Shown: positions 8,987 through 19,167 of the stretch, in pieces
Position numbering within the stretch: the stretch's first letter is position 1
How the letters are laid out: the number at the start of each line of letters is the position of its first letter
Origin: a virus
Virus record (IMG/VR): IMGVR_UViG_3300028327_000814
Length of the DNA: 64,000 nucleotides
Direction: 5' to 3' (one strand)
Made by a program: the position numbers and the translations under genes
Notes under the pieces: generated by a model
What the model saw: the letters and a program-made list of their open reading frames with translations, nothing else
What the model was told of the DNA's origin: nothing
The model's database searches: none

Positions 8987-11058
8987 CGGAGATACCTCGC
9001 AATTTTCGCATAACCGGGATTGAATTGAATGTCCGTGGTATTATCCCGTATGGCCACGGAAGCAGTCGGGTTGACTCCAGAAAGATTAACATTAACGTCC
9101 ATAACCGCCTGTCCGCCAAGTTCTACTTTTTGTGGCGTAACGCTTGAGCCTGGCTGCGTGATCTGGGGAGGCAAATCGGAAACAGGCATTGCTCGCCGAT
9201 ACCTTTGTTTATAACGCTTATGGCTTGGGGATTCGCGCCAATCGGTTTCTTTACTTGTCTGTACTTCCGAATCATCGGCTGCTAGAGACTCGCCGATGCC
9301 TTCGCCAATTTTGCGACCTGCTTTTCCGCCAAGCCACATGCCAAGTGCACCTACTCCGGCGCCGACCAGAGCGCCAACCGCCGTACCAAGTACCGGAACA
9401 ACAGATCCAACTGCAGCTCCGACTGCGGCTCCAGCCGCAATACCGGCTGCACCGCCTACCGCCGCTCCGGCAATACTGCCTGAAGCGTCTCCTATCGCTC
9501 CACCTTTGGCCTTGCCGCGTTCTTTTGCCGTTAAGCTTTCATTCTTTTTTATTTCGTCTAACTCGTTTATCATTTGGGGGATTTTAATAAATGCGGCTGT
9601 AAGTGCTGCACCCCCAGCGGCTCCGGCGTATTGTTTAGGCGTTATATTTTTTACAGCGTTTTGCGCTGATGTTAAAGGATTGTTCGATAATTGGGGGGCT
9701 TGCGCTTGCGGCTGTTGAAATTGTCCGCCGGCGCCGATTCCAGGAGCTCCCATCCCTCCGCCCCAGTTGGTTACATACACCGGCATTGCCGTCGCCATGT
9801 TCAACGATTCGGTTATATTTACATTGCCGCTTTTCAGTTGCAATAAACTACCTACAAGCCGCGATATTCCGGCAATGCCTTTTACTGCAGCAATCGCTCC
9901 AATCCCAACGGCGATTCCGGTAAACACTTTTTTTAAGCGTTCTGGATCTTCGGATAATTTATTCAGAAGCCCTGTCAGGTGTTCAAGTGGTTTTGCCAAA
10001 TTGGTATCGGCAAAACTGTTAAAAGCAGTTTGCAGATTTTTTAGGTTTGATTGCATGGTTCCGGCCATTGCCGCCGATTGTTTTTGCAATAAACCTGTGG
10101 TATCACCGAGATCGTTCAAAGAATTCTTCAGCCTATCACCTTGCGAAATATAAGAATTTATCGCCACCATTGAAGATGAATCAAACATCCTGTTAATAGA
10201 ATTGGTGAAACGTGAGTCTTTTGCTTTTTCAGCAATCTCAAACATAATATCATTGAAGTCTCTAAAATTTCCGTTAGAATCCTTAACACTAATCCCCAAC
10301 TTTCTAAAATCTTTTCGTTTATCAGGATCGGTTATTTCTTTAAACACGGAATCGAAAGCGGCAAATGCTTTTGTTGGATTTTTTGCGCCCGCATTGATAA
10401 TTTGTAAGGCGGCGTGGATGTTTTCTATTTTTTCCGGCGTGGCTCCCATTCCTTTTGCCTCTAACGCTGAAAATATTGTAGAAGCATTTTTTGCAAAATC
10501 AGCTAACGAAAATGCGCCCTGATTAGCCTGTGCGACCATATCATCCATGAGCGATGATATTTGTTCGGTAGAATATCCAAAATTTCTGAATTGGGAAAAA
10601 AGAATTCCCATTGATTCGCCGGATTCGCCTGTCGCCTGTATTGCAAGAGCGATGTTTCTGATGTTATCCTCGGCGAATTTCAAATCGCCGGTTTGATCTT
10701 TTATTTTTTCAAAAGCGTTAACAATTTTATCTGGATCAATTTTGATATCTGGAGCTTGAGCTACGTCAAATATTGCTCTTTTCAATTTTGAGATTTGTTC
10801 AGCTGACGCATTTGTGGATATACCGAGCCGCGTCATGCGGTGATCCATCTCAATAACGCCTTTTGCCGCGGCGCCAACGGAAAGCGTTAAGCCAAGTGCC
10901 GCGAGTTTTGCGGTAGTGCCCGAAATAGCTTTGTCTACTTTTTCTATCGCGCCAAGCGTTTTACCGGCAAAACTCGAAGCCGCTCCCGCGGCTTTGTTCA
11001 TGCCTTGTGAAAATAAATCTTTCAGCGATAAAAGAACGCCGCTTTTAATTTCAGCCAC
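8983..11058 (-). CDS. Tape measure protein
   Basis: 691 aa, helical TP901-like core, Gly/Ala-rich hydrophobic C-terminal half; follows the chaperone. Confidence 0.88.
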   Translation of the reverse strand: MAEIKSGVLLSLKDLFSQGMNKAAGAASSFAGKTLGAIEKVDKAISGTTAKLAALGLTLSVGAAAKGVIEMDHRMTRLGISTNASAEQISKLKRAIFDVAQAPDIKIDPDKIVNAFEKIKDQTGDLKFAEDNIRNIALAIQATGESGESMGILFSQFRNFGYSTEQISSLMDDMVAQANQGAFSLADFAKNASTIFSALEAKGMGATPEKIENIHAALQIINAGAKNPTKAFAAFDSVFKEITDPDKRKDFRKLGISVKDSNGNFRDFNDIMFEIAEKAKDSRFTNSINRMFDSSSMVAINSYISQGDRLKNSLNDLGDTTGLLQKQSAAMAGTMQSNLKNLQTAFNSFADTNLAKPLEHLTGLLNKLSEDPERLKKVFTGIAVGIGAIAAVKGIAGISRLVGSLLQLKSGNVNITESLNMATAMPVYVTNWGGGMGAPGIGAGGQFQQPQAQAPQLSNNPLTSAQNAVKNITPKQYAGAAGGAALTAAFIKIPQMINELDEIKKNESLTAKERGKAKGGAIGDASGSIAGAAVGGAAGIAAGAAVGAAVGSVVPVLGTAVGALVGAGVGALGMWLGGKAGRKIGEGIGESLAADDSEVQTSKETDWRESPSHKRYKQRYRRAMPVSDLPPQITQPGSSVTPQKVELGGQAVMDVNVNLSGVNPTASVAIRDNTTDIQFNPGYAKIARYLR

Positions 11059-11282
11059 TAATTTCCCCCGCGTATCGCCTTTGTCACACTCACGGCTTTT
11101 TCATGCCAAAAAGACAGTTGCTCCCAATACATATCCATAAGTGTCGTAAAATCCATTCCCGGAAGCAGCATAAGAATTTCCGCGACCATTTCAGCAACAC
11201 GGTTACAGATTTCTTCTAGTGTTAGAAGGTCACCGTTGTCTCGTTTTGCGGAGCCTTCACCGCCTCCGCGCCGGTAGGGTTT
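11058..11282 (-). CDS. Frameshift extension of tail assembly chaperone (G-T type)
   Basis: -1 frame open from slippery A-AAC-CCT (11276-11282) to the tape measure start; FTTLMDMYWEQLSFWHEKA. Confidence 0.55.
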   Translation of the reverse strand, partial: KPYRRGGGEGSAKRDNGDLLTLEEICNRVAEMVAEILMLLPGMDFTTLMDMYWEQLSFWHEKAVSVTKAIRGGN

Positions 11283-11551
11283 TCGTCGTATTCCTTTGAC
11301 GTAAAATACGAAGCCCAAACAAGCGCGAGTTCGGTACGGATTATTGACCAGTCGTCAATGTCAATCTGCGAAACAACAGACATCGGCAGGCCGGACAATG
11401 AAGAAAACAGCGCGGCATCGGCGGCGGCGCTGTCAACTGGATTAGAGCCAACCGCGATAAAATCTTTTGTCTTAGGACGCTGAATAGTTACATCCGTAAT
11501 TTTCAATTCACCGACCATGAAGGGATGTTTCAGTTCAATTTTTTTTGCCAT
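11222..11551 (-). CDS. Tail assembly chaperone (Mu gp41-like)
   Basis: IELKHP...VTIQRPKTKD...SQIDIDDW. Confidence 0.82.
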   Translation of the reverse strand: MAKKIELKHPFMVGELKITDVTIQRPKTKDFIAVGSNPVDSAAADAALFSSLSGLPMSVVSQIDIDDWSIIRTELALVWASYFTSKEYDENPTGAEAVKAPQNETTVTF

Positions 11552-11560
11552 GACGTTCCC

Positions 11561-11920
11561 CTATACAAGCCTTGGGCTGGTACCGGAATTGTAGGCGATG
11601 TCCATTTCGGCATCGCCCAATTCTCCCGGTTCTGTTACCCATGCGCGTGGCATCATATACTGCTTGCCGCCTGTTGTGTAAATGGTAAGGGTGTCCTCTT
11701 CAATAGCGGAAAGTTCTTCAACGCCGAGCGAACCTGTGGCATTGAGTTTCAACTTCAATTCGGCAAAAGTCTGGCTTTCAGTGTAACCGGTGTTCTCCGG
11801 AACTTCGCCTGTCTTTGTTTCTCGTTTTGTGCCGGCAGGTTTAAAAGTAGCTCCTTTCTCCTGAATCGGCAGTTCACCTAATGCCGCCGAAATAACGCGC
11901 TGTACTCTCTCAAGTTTCAT
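11561..11920 (-). CDS. Tail tube protein
   Basis: Between sheath and chaperone; GGKQYMMPRAWV. Confidence 0.8.
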   Translation of the reverse strand: MKLERVQRVISAALGELPIQEKGATFKPAGTKRETKTGEVPENTGYTESQTFAELKLKLNATGSLGVEELSAIEEDTLTIYTTGGKQYMMPRAWVTEPGELGDAEMDIAYNSGTSPRLV

Positions 11921-11930
11921 TTTCCGCCTC

Positions 11931-13388
11931 CTATTTGAATTGCGTCAGACCCGCGCCGATATAGAACTGGCCTATCAGATTGGGCTGATGGGAATATTCA
12001 AGACGGGTTTTACTTCCCGCTTTGATCTCGACTATGACCGATTTTTTATAACCGTCAAAATCCTGACACCATTGTTTTTCCTTGATGAAAACTTCCTGAT
12101 ACAATTCCGCAAGGAATGAGCGGAAAACACCCGCGGTCATCACCCGCGCGCCAGAACCGAAGTTTTCTTCAGTGCTTGCCAGTTTCCATGTCTTAAACTT
12201 TTTCTTTGCATCGGCGTTGATGTAGGTACGGACGGCATCCACCGTTTCGGTAACCTGCACGTCGAGGTAACTCGTATCACGCCCGCCGTCCGTGTTTTCC
12301 GTGTAACTGGTTACGAGCCGTTCAATCAGCACATGGCCAGTTGTAGCCAAACGGTATGTGGCAATACCGGCTTCGAGTAATTTCTGCCGTTCATCAGCGT
12401 TAAATTCTACGCCGCCGATTAAGCCGGTTATTTTGGTGTCGTAAGTGTTGGCTGCGGGATCATCGGCAAGGATACGGCAAGCGACCGCGCACCATGCCGC
12501 AGCCCAAACGCAGGGAAGATCGGGATTCTTACTTCGGGGAATGAGAATGACGTGAGGTGAATTAACTTCACCCGCTTTTGCTAGCATTGTTCCCGCTTCG
12601 GTTTTGCTTCCCAATTCGCCGGAAAGAGCGACGTACATTCTGCCGCCGATTTGCCTCATCGCGCCGTAACGGGATTCAAGTTCATCGGAACTTGCCCGTA
12701 TGTTTCCGGCATCGTTGAAATCGCTTGCGATAAAATTGTAGCGGATTTCGCCTAACCCTTTAAGAAACGGTTTGATGTTGGTAACGCCGGTTCCAACGGT
12801 AGTCGCTGTTTCCTCAACGGAAACGCCGGCTGCCAGGGCGGTGATAAAAACGCAGTTGGAATTTCCCACCTCCCCCTTTACGTTAGCTGAAACTGTAATA
12901 ACGCCTGAATCAGCCTCGGCGGTAACTGGTAGGGTAATCTCCGCGTTGATTCTGGCGGTGATGGCGGCGGCTACGGCCTCCGCGTTTGCTCCGGCTGTAA
13001 TCGCCGCGTCAAAACCATGACCGTTTACCGCTATACGGATCGCTCCAGCGGCTGCGGCGGTTACGCTGACCGTGAATTGCTTTTTCCACGCGGTTCCAGC
13101 CGCAGGTTCGGGGATGGGAAGTACGTACAATTCTTCGACTTTGTTAAGAGCGAGGAATGTTTCCGCCATAATCGCGGCGGGACTTCCGTATCCGAAAAGC
13201 TGATGCGCCTTCGCCGCCGAAAGCACGTTGACCGGCTTTCCGTTTTCGGCTTCCGACGTGGCAAGTTTATACCCTATCATCAAAGCCTTTTTGACGTCGC
13301 CTTGCGAACCCGCAAGTGAATTGTCAATCTCATTGTACTGTCCGGGAACCAGCAGGTTCGCCGGAATTTGTCTAATCGGTACTGGCAT
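11931..13388 (-). CDS. Tail sheath protein (Mu gpL-like)
   Basis: NLLVPGQYNEIDNS, LFGYGS, IERLVTSY, SYLDV. Confidence 0.92.
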   Translation of the reverse strand: MPVPIRQIPANLLVPGQYNEIDNSLAGSQGDVKKALMIGYKLATSEAENGKPVNVLSAAKAHQLFGYGSPAAIMAETFLALNKVEELYVLPIPEPAAGTAWKKQFTVSVTAAAAGAIRIAVNGHGFDAAITAGANAEAVAAAITARINAEITLPVTAEADSGVITVSANVKGEVGNSNCVFITALAAGVSVEETATTVGTGVTNIKPFLKGLGEIRYNFIASDFNDAGNIRASSDELESRYGAMRQIGGRMYVALSGELGSKTEAGTMLAKAGEVNSPHVILIPRSKNPDLPCVWAAAWCAVACRILADDPAANTYDTKITGLIGGVEFNADERQKLLEAGIATYRLATTGHVLIERLVTSYTENTDGGRDTSYLDVQVTETVDAVRTYINADAKKKFKTWKLASTEENFGSGARVMTAGVFRSFLAELYQEVFIKEKQWCQDFDGYKKSVIVEIKAGSKTRLEYSHQPNLIGQFYIGAGLTQFK

Positions 13389-13929
13389 TTGTAACCTCCA
13401 AATTTACATTATCTTTTGCGACCGCGCTTCCAATATTGTGCGTCGCGTCATAGCCTTCAAAATATTCAAGATCGGGAAACATTATCCCGCCTTCGCCTTC
13501 ATAAGGCGTTAAATTCGTTATGTGCCATTTCCACCTGATCCCCCAAAGCGTTATATTAATCTGGTCAAGCGTTCCGGAATATAAGCATTCCGCCGCAATG
13601 TCCTTTCCAGCGCCGATACTCCATTCAGCGTCCAAATTTCCGATAACCGGAATGAGAGCCGAAACGATTTTTAACGCGCCGTCGTACAAACGATCTTTGC
13701 CGTCGGCGCGATACAATACCCAGCTCACAAAGTCTACGGTATGATCCTCATCGGTATACCGCATAAACGAAGTAAGTATTGACGGAGTCTGGTTGGCAAG
13801 CCTTTTAATTTCCGTATCATCGAACCTGCCCGGATGCGCCGCTATGTGCAATTTTTTATCTTTCGCAAAAGCCGTTTTTATCTGATTGATCGCCTCATCG
13901 CGAACATCCACTAAAGTAATAATTTTCAC
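13372..13929 (-). CDS. Tail terminator (Mu gp37-like)
   Basis: AHPGRFDDTEIKRL; synteny. Confidence 0.7.
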   Translation of the reverse strand: MKIITLVDVRDEAINQIKTAFAKDKKLHIAAHPGRFDDTEIKRLANQTPSILTSFMRYTDEDHTVDFVSWVLYRADGKDRLYDGALKIVSALIPVIGNLDAEWSIGAGKDIAAECLYSGTLDQINITLWGIRWKWHITNLTPYEGEGGIMFPDLEYFEGYDATHNIGSAVAKDNVNLEVTNASTD

Positions 13930-14375
13930 GCTACTTGCTCCTTCATAAATTCGTCAACCGCGTTTTGCAGTTCGATGATGTTATCAGTGCCGAAGCCCAA
14001 AAATTTACGTGCAACCATTTTTTTTGTACCTTCCTGAAGATAACCCGCATATTCCTTTGAAGAACCAACGAGTACCGCGTCACTTCCCTTCATCTGATGT
14101 TCAATTGAATCAAGCAAGCCACCTTCGCGGTTTAACAAACTGGAGCCTTTAGAATATTTTTGCATAAATTTTTGCGTTGCTTCTTTCCACGGGTCCCATT
14201 TTTTGTTGTCCGGGTCTTGCTTGGTTATATCAATTCGTTCTTTTGTCTGTTCCTCAATTACCATGCCCAGACTGTTGAGGAGCCGCTTTTTATCTCCACC
14301 AGATAAAACAAACTCGTCAAGTTTGCGCAGGAGTTTGTATATCTCTTGCACTTTAACATCAACGGCTGCGCCCAT
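13926..14375 (-). CDS. Virion morphogenesis protein (Mu gpG / P2 gpS family)
   Basis: VGSSKEYAGYLQEGT..MVARKFLG. Confidence 0.85.
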   Translation of the reverse strand: MGAAVDVKVQEIYKLLRKLDEFVLSGGDKKRLLNSLGMVIEEQTKERIDITKQDPDNKKWDPWKEATQKFMQKYSKGSSLLNREGGLLDSIEHQMKGSDAVLVGSSKEYAGYLQEGTKKMVARKFLGFGTDNIIELQNAVDEFMKEQVA

Positions 14376-14815
14376 TAGTACATCCCGCCTTTTTTAAAAA
14401 ACCTGCCGTCAGTGATGCCCTCTGCCTCGTTAGGTGTAACTACGGCAGACGATTGCAAACCGGGACCTTCAAGCCCTCCCTGGTATTCGCGGTTGATTTT
14501 ATTTAACAGGCTCATGTTGTCGCGGTATTTCTCCCGCGCGTCTTCGCTGCCTGAAACACCATCTGTCAGCCTGTATAAAGCGATGTCCGTACAAATGCTG
14601 TTAAGCGCGTCAGCGAACTGCGGATTGACCGGTAGCGCGATCTCCCCTGTTTTATTATCTAAAAGCCAGGGGAGATTTGCGGTAATGATACCCGTAGCGT
14701 CCCGTAAAGCAATTTCAATCAGAGCGGTTTCCGGTTCACCTAAATCATCGGTCGGTAAAATAACGGATTGCGGTTTTCTCAAAAGAAACTGATCTACGGA
14801 AACAAGTGGAATCAT
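14375..14815 (-). CDS. Head-tail adaptor (Mu gp36, DUF1320)
   Basis: IALRDATGII...ICTDIALYRL. Confidence 0.8.
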   Translation of the reverse strand: MIPLVSVDQFLLRKPQSVILPTDDLGEPETALIEIALRDATGIITANLPWLLDNKTGEIALPVNPQFADALNSICTDIALYRLTDGVSGSEDAREKYRDNMSLLNKINREYQGGLEGPGLQSSAVVTPNEAEGITDGRFFKKGGMY

Positions 14816-15090
14816 TTACCGTCTCCGATTACTACCCACGGATCTTTTTTAAGCGCGGCAAGCTGCTCATCGGTTACCTCGTAGGTTTGCGCCTTCTGCG
14901 TCAGTACCAAACCGGCGCGGCGGTATCTGGGATATTCGGTTTTATGCCAAAGAATGACTGATTGTTTTTTTGCGGAATCATCTCCGCTCTTGGCGGCGCC
15001 AGAACCTGAATTTGCGCTCAAAACTGATTCTGCACCAAGAGCGGAGCTTTCATCCTTATTTCCATTGTTCAATTTTTTTTCTTCTTTCAT
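14812..15090 (-). CDS. Mu gp35-like small protein
   Basis: RYRRAGLVLT...EVTDEQLAALKKDP. Confidence 0.65.
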   Translation of the reverse strand: MKEEKKLNNGNKDESSALGAESVLSANSGSGAAKSGDDSAKKQSVILWHKTEYPRYRRAGLVLTQKAQTYEVTDEQLAALKKDPWVVIGDGK

Positions 15091-15100
15091 ACCACACCCC

Positions 15101-16018
15101 TTACGCCAGATGCGGAATAACTATAAGTTCCGCCGTCCTGTAATAGATGTTTGACGCGCCGTTTGCCAAGAACTGCGCCTCCACGATTTTACGCGCCTCC
15201 GCCTCGTTTGACGGGCCGACTATCAAATGGGTTGGAACGATGCCCAAAGGATCGCCGCCGTCCCTCTTGAGCGATTGCATTTTTTCGCGGGCCTGTTTGT
15301 AGGTGTTTTCAGCTAACGCCATTTTTGAACCGACAGCCTGCTGCCAAAGCCCGTAACCGAAATTGCCGCGGTAACGGATGCCGTACAGGTATATGTCCTG
15401 CATGAACACCTTGTCATTTTTGGTGTCGGTGATTTCTTCAAACTCCGGCGTTGTGCGCTGTTGAAGAATAAGCGGCTTGAGGCTGCCTGAAAGCGACAGA
15501 AGGAACCAAGGAGGGCTATTATCGTCAACAGATCCGACAATGTTGGAAAATAGCGTAACGGCTCCCGTGCCGTCCGTTTTTTCATATATCGGATGTTCCG
15601 CGTCAAAGAAATTTTGCCCGTCATAACAGGTGTTGGTAAAGCCCTCTTTTAACAATAGGGCGATATTCCTGTTGAAGAACGCCTCGACTTCATCGGCCAT
15701 CGCAGCCACCAGTACGCGGTACTGTCCAAGGTTGTCATCTTCAATGTCGGTACGCTCAACGCCAAGCGTGGATTCGTACTTTTTATTGACGATCTGGTAT
15801 GCGGCTTCCGCAATGTCCCTTATAACGCGGTCGCCTACCCATTCCCGAAGCTGCGGGAACGCGCCAAGCCACCCGTAAGTGTTGCTTTTGGTGTTGGAAG
15901 TGATGATAGTCGCCAACAGTTTCCAAATGGAATTTGCGGCAAGTTCGGACATCCTTTTACGGAACTCGTCACGTAACGCGGTCCGCAGTCCGTTTAATAT
16001 GGGAGTTGTTATAATCAT
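15101..16018 (-). CDS. Major capsid protein (Mu gpT-like)
   Basis: TYGWLGAFPQLREWVGDR, IEDDNLG, CYDGQNFFDAEHP. Confidence 0.95.
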   Translation of the reverse strand: MIITTPILNGLRTALRDEFRKRMSELAANSIWKLLATIITSNTKSNTYGWLGAFPQLREWVGDRVIRDIAEAAYQIVNKKYESTLGVERTDIEDDNLGQYRVLVAAMADEVEAFFNRNIALLLKEGFTNTCYDGQNFFDAEHPIYEKTDGTGAVTLFSNIVGSVDDNSPPWFLLSLSGSLKPLILQQRTTPEFEEITDTKNDKVFMQDIYLYGIRYRGNFGYGLWQQAVGSKMALAENTYKQAREKMQSLKRDGGDPLGIVPTHLIVGPSNEAEARKIVEAQFLANGASNIYYRTAELIVIPHLA

Positions 16019-17001
16019 TTTGATCCCTCCATGATTTTTGCGAATTCTTCAGGCGTATAGCCCATAGATTTGGCAAGCTGTGTCTGTTCGGCGTTAAGCG
16101 CCACGCCATCCGACTTGGGAGGCGTACCTTGCGACGCTTGCCCTTCGGTGATAATGGCGGGACTTGCCTCGGCGATTTTTTTAAAGGATTCAAGCCCTTC
16201 CTTTGTCGCGCACATGGCAAGATATACCGCCCTGCTTGCGGGCGCAAACTTGCGGGCTTTGATCGCCTCGTCCACCGCCGTCTCCGCGTCCTTTTTAAGC
16301 TGGGCCGCATTCAAATCGGCAAGCTGTTTTTCCGCCGTGACGGCCCTTGCTTCCATCGCGTTCAAATCGGCGCGAGGCGCGTATGCGGTAAGATCAACAG
16401 ACGATTTGTCAGTCTGCGGCGCGGTAGCGGTCTTTGCAGCGTTCAGCGATTTTGCCATCGCAAGCGCTTCCGCTTCGGTCGCGGTTTCGGGCAAACCCAA
16501 AGCCGCTAATAATTCTTTATTCATTGAAACCTCCGTATTCATATTTTCTAACCGCTCCGAATTCAGGGCGGGAAGATTCAGGTTTGGCGAATTGGTGAGC
16601 GCGGCGCGTACTATGCAGGCGATCTCACCTTCTTTGTTATGCAAAAAAACAGGGGAAATAAACCGGTATTCTTTTTTTGAAAGCGCGTTGAGTCCCAATT
16701 CAGTCCATTCGACATCAGCCCATATTTCACCTAACTCATTGGCGCAAAGGTTTTTCATCCAGCCGAAAGCCGGTGACGGTCCGCCTTTTGGCGCCGATAA
16801 ATCCGTGGAATGATTTTCGTCTATCACTAACGCCGGAAGACGCGTGTTGGAATTAAGCGCGAGCAGTTTGGGATCGGGATTTTTCCATTCCCTGCCGTCA
16901 CGCCCTTTCACCGTCGCGCCGGAAGGAACGACTTTGACACGTTTGGGAATTTCTTCGCCTTCAAAATTGAGGGATAAAAAAAGACTGCCCGTTGTTTCCA
17001 T
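16015..17001 (-). CDS. Protease/scaffold (Mu gpI-like)
   Basis: IDENHST, PAFGW, EYRFISPVF, AALTNSPNL. Confidence 0.93.
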   Translation of the reverse strand: METTGSLFLSLNFEGEEIPKRVKVVPSGATVKGRDGREWKNPDPKLLALNSNTRLPALVIDENHSTDLSAPKGGPSPAFGWMKNLCANELGEIWADVEWTELGLNALSKKEYRFISPVFLHNKEGEIACIVRAALTNSPNLNLPALNSERLENMNTEVSMNKELLAALGLPETATEAEALAMAKSLNAAKTATAPQTDKSSVDLTAYAPRADLNAMEARAVTAEKQLADLNAAQLKKDAETAVDEAIKARKFAPASRAVYLAMCATKEGLESFKKIAEASPAIITEGQASQGTPPKSDGVALNAEQTQLAKSMGYTPEEFAKIMEGSK

Positions 17002-17037
17002 TAAGGCAGTCTATGATTTAAAATATGCGTTTTTACA

Positions 17038-17511
17038 TTAATCGGAATTATTGTATGAAAGTTCCAGAAACGGCAGATATGGAATAGATTGGTGATATTT
17101 TTCACTCCGGCCTTCACGCCACAGCGTATAAGTATGGGTAAAGCTGATATTGTACTCGCGGGCAAGAGCGTTTATGGGTTTGCCGTTTTCATAATTCTGC
17201 TTGTAAATTTCAAGTGCGATTATTTTACGGAACGCGCAACGCTCAAGGGGGATGTATATTTGCAGGCTACCGAAACGTAACATGAGTTTTTCCAACATGG
17301 CCGCCGCGTCCTTATCGCCTACCGCGTCGGCAAGAACGCCGCGTATTTTATCGGCGCTTTGTCCCGCGTCGTTTTTTAGCGGAACATAAATGAGCTGCCC
17401 GCCGAAATACCGGCATAACGCCCTGATGCCTTTCTGCGCGGCTTGCGATCCCACGGCGGTACTGCAAAGGATGATCATGTCTTCGGCAAGAGAATTATCC
17501 CTTTTACCCAT
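17038..17511 (-). CDS. Mor/C-family transcriptional activator with duplicated N-terminal module
   Basis: FGGQLIYVP and FGSLQIYIP followed by the HTH LAREYNIS. Confidence 0.8.
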   Translation of the reverse strand: MGKRDNSLAEDMIILCSTAVGSQAAQKGIRALCRYFGGQLIYVPLKNDAGQSADKIRGVLADAVGDKDAAAMLEKLMLRFGSLQIYIPLERCAFRKIIALEIYKQNYENGKPINALAREYNISFTHTYTLWREGRSEKYHQSIPYLPFLELSYNNSD

Positions 17512-17531
17512 GTTATTAATCTCCCATACCC

Positions 17532-17693
17532 TTACGGCAACAGCCGTTTGTATTCCCTGATTAATTTAAGCAATTCACTCGGTTGTAAAAAAAATTGGCA
17601 TCCCTTAAAGCAATGTTTTTTTTGGCACTTTAAGCAGGTTTCAATTTTTTTTTCCAGTTCTTCTAATGATTCTTTCGTTGTTTTAAATATCAT
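17532..17693 (-). CDS. Small Cys-rich hypothetical protein (53 aa)
   Basis: Hand-translated MIFKTTKESLEELEKKIETCLKCQKKHCFKGC...; overlaps the upstream stop. Confidence 0.45.
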   Translation of the reverse strand: MIFKTTKESLEELEKKIETCLKCQKKHCFKGCQFFLQPSELLKLIREYKRLLP

Positions 17694-18327
17694 AATTTAC
17701 CACCTTTAAATTAAACTGCTTTTCAAATTCGGTTCGATATTCCTTGTCGTATTTCAACCTCATGCAACACTCCCTTAAATGTATTATCTGTAACCTGTTA
17801 AATACGTCCCTTGGCAGTCTGGGGATATTTTCATTAATATATTGCTCGGCTTCTTCCATTTCCCTTTCTGTTCTTTCACTGCCCGCAAGCCCGTCCGTTT
17901 TGCCTTCAGCGTCTACCAGCCTGTAAACCCTAAAGCCTAGATCAAGCTCTTTGCTTTCACTTTCTCCCAATATGCCTAAAAAATCGTCAGCGGGTTCGGG
18001 CGGCTCTTCGGGTTTTTCCGCCTCTATTTTCTGCGCCTGTTTCCGCCGTTTCTCCAGTTTGGGGTATTCCTTCCAGCGCCGCCACAATCTGTAAGGTATG
18101 TCGCCCGCGCCTTCTTTTACCAATTTCTTATACGTGTCTAAAACCTCATCGCCCAAAATAAAGCCGATTTCTTTTTGCCCTTTTAACACGTTGTTTATCG
18201 TCTTAAAACGTAACGCGAAATAAAGAAATTCATCGTAGTCAGCCTGATGCAAATACGCTATTGGCTTTTTTTGCCACGCCACCCTGACCTGACAAGAGCA
18301 ATTTTGTTTGGTTTTTTTTATTCCCAT
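17683..18327 (-). CDS. Hypothetical protein
   Basis: 214-aa ORF coupled to neighbours in the early/middle operon. Confidence 0.6.
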   Translation of the reverse strand: MGIKKTKQNCSCQVRVAWQKKPIAYLHQADYDEFLYFALRFKTINNVLKGQKEIGFILGDEVLDTYKKLVKEGAGDIPYRLWRRWKEYPKLEKRRKQAQKIEAEKPEEPPEPADDFLGILGESESKELDLGFRVYRLVDAEGKTDGLAGSERTEREMEEAEQYINENIPRLPRDVFNRLQIIHLRECCMRLKYDKEYRTEFEKQFNLKVVNYDI

Positions 18328-18776
18328 TACGCTAACCTCTCCGAAGTGTCGGGATCAAACCCAGCCTTTGTCATCATGTCGCGTAATGCCAGAATGACTT
18401 TTTGAGCCGACTCCACGTTAAGAAAACGTAACGCGTCAACGCGGGTGATGCGTTTTACAAACCTCGTGAGCGCCGCGTCGCTTTTATTACGGGCGCAGAC
18501 TGCCCACATGCCTTTGATGTACTCAAGCTGATCCAAAGTCGCTTTGCCTTTTTCTTCCGGCTTTACCCTGTTTGGCGTTCCTTCAAAGCCGTTTCCTCTC
18601 ATGGCTTTGAGCGCCTTTTCCAGTTGGCGGATCGTCATTTTCGCGGCTGAATCCCTGCCGCAGACTCCGGTCAAAAACGCCCGGTACGCCTCCTCATTCA
18701 TGCCCATTTTTCCCTTGCCAATATGAATAAGCTGGATAAGCTTTTTACGCCTGTTTTCGCTTGCCACTGACCTCAT
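18327..18776 (-). CDS. Mu gp16/GemA-like protein (DUF1018)
   Basis: LIQLIHIGKGKMGMNEEAYRAFL, QLEKALKAMR, AQKVILAL. Confidence 0.85.
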   Translation of the reverse strand: MRSVASENRRKKLIQLIHIGKGKMGMNEEAYRAFLTGVCGRDSAAKMTIRQLEKALKAMRGNGFEGTPNRVKPEEKGKATLDQLEYIKGMWAVCARNKSDAALTRFVKRITRVDALRFLNVESAQKVILALRDMMTKAGFDPDTSERLA

Positions 18777-18811
18777 TTAAATCCCCTTTTAGAGCCGTTA
18801 GGCTGTACAGC

Positions 18812-19144
18812 CTAGACACGCGTATCGGCATCGCCTATATTTTTATCGTTTTGCCGTTTATGACCTTCTGTAAGCGGATATTTGGTCATGTATTGCTTCA
18901 TTGCAAAACCAACAAAAACTTCTACGCTGCCAAACCGTTTTGCTTCGACATACGCCTCAATCTCGCGCCAGTCTTTAGCTGTGATGGTGTATGCTTTTGA
19001 TTCCGCATTGTTATTAAACCTGCTAAATTGCTCGTGCAAAATCATCCGAATTAAGATGCCTGATGAAATACCTTTTTTTGTCGCGGCGGTTTTTATCGCC
19101 TCAATTGTTTCTTCAGATAAGTCAACTCTTATTTGTTTTCTCAT
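18812..19144 (-). CDS. Ribbon-helix-helix DNA-binding protein
   Basis: IRVDLSEETIEAIKTAATKKGISSGILIRMIL. Confidence 0.6.
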   Translation of the reverse strand: MRKQIRVDLSEETIEAIKTAATKKGISSGILIRMILHEQFSRFNNNAESKAYTITAKDWREIEAYVEAKRFGSVEVFVGFAMKQYMTKYPLTEGHKRQNDKNIGDADTRV

Positions 19145-19167
19145 GATTCCCCTCCCTAATAATTTTT

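Noticed and set aside
9029-10522. Long plus-strand ORFs opposite the tape measure gene (and similar shadow ORFs opposite sheath, protease, transposase, capsid and tail genes)
   Set aside because: Antisense shadows of well-supported genes, with no ribosome-binding site or motif.
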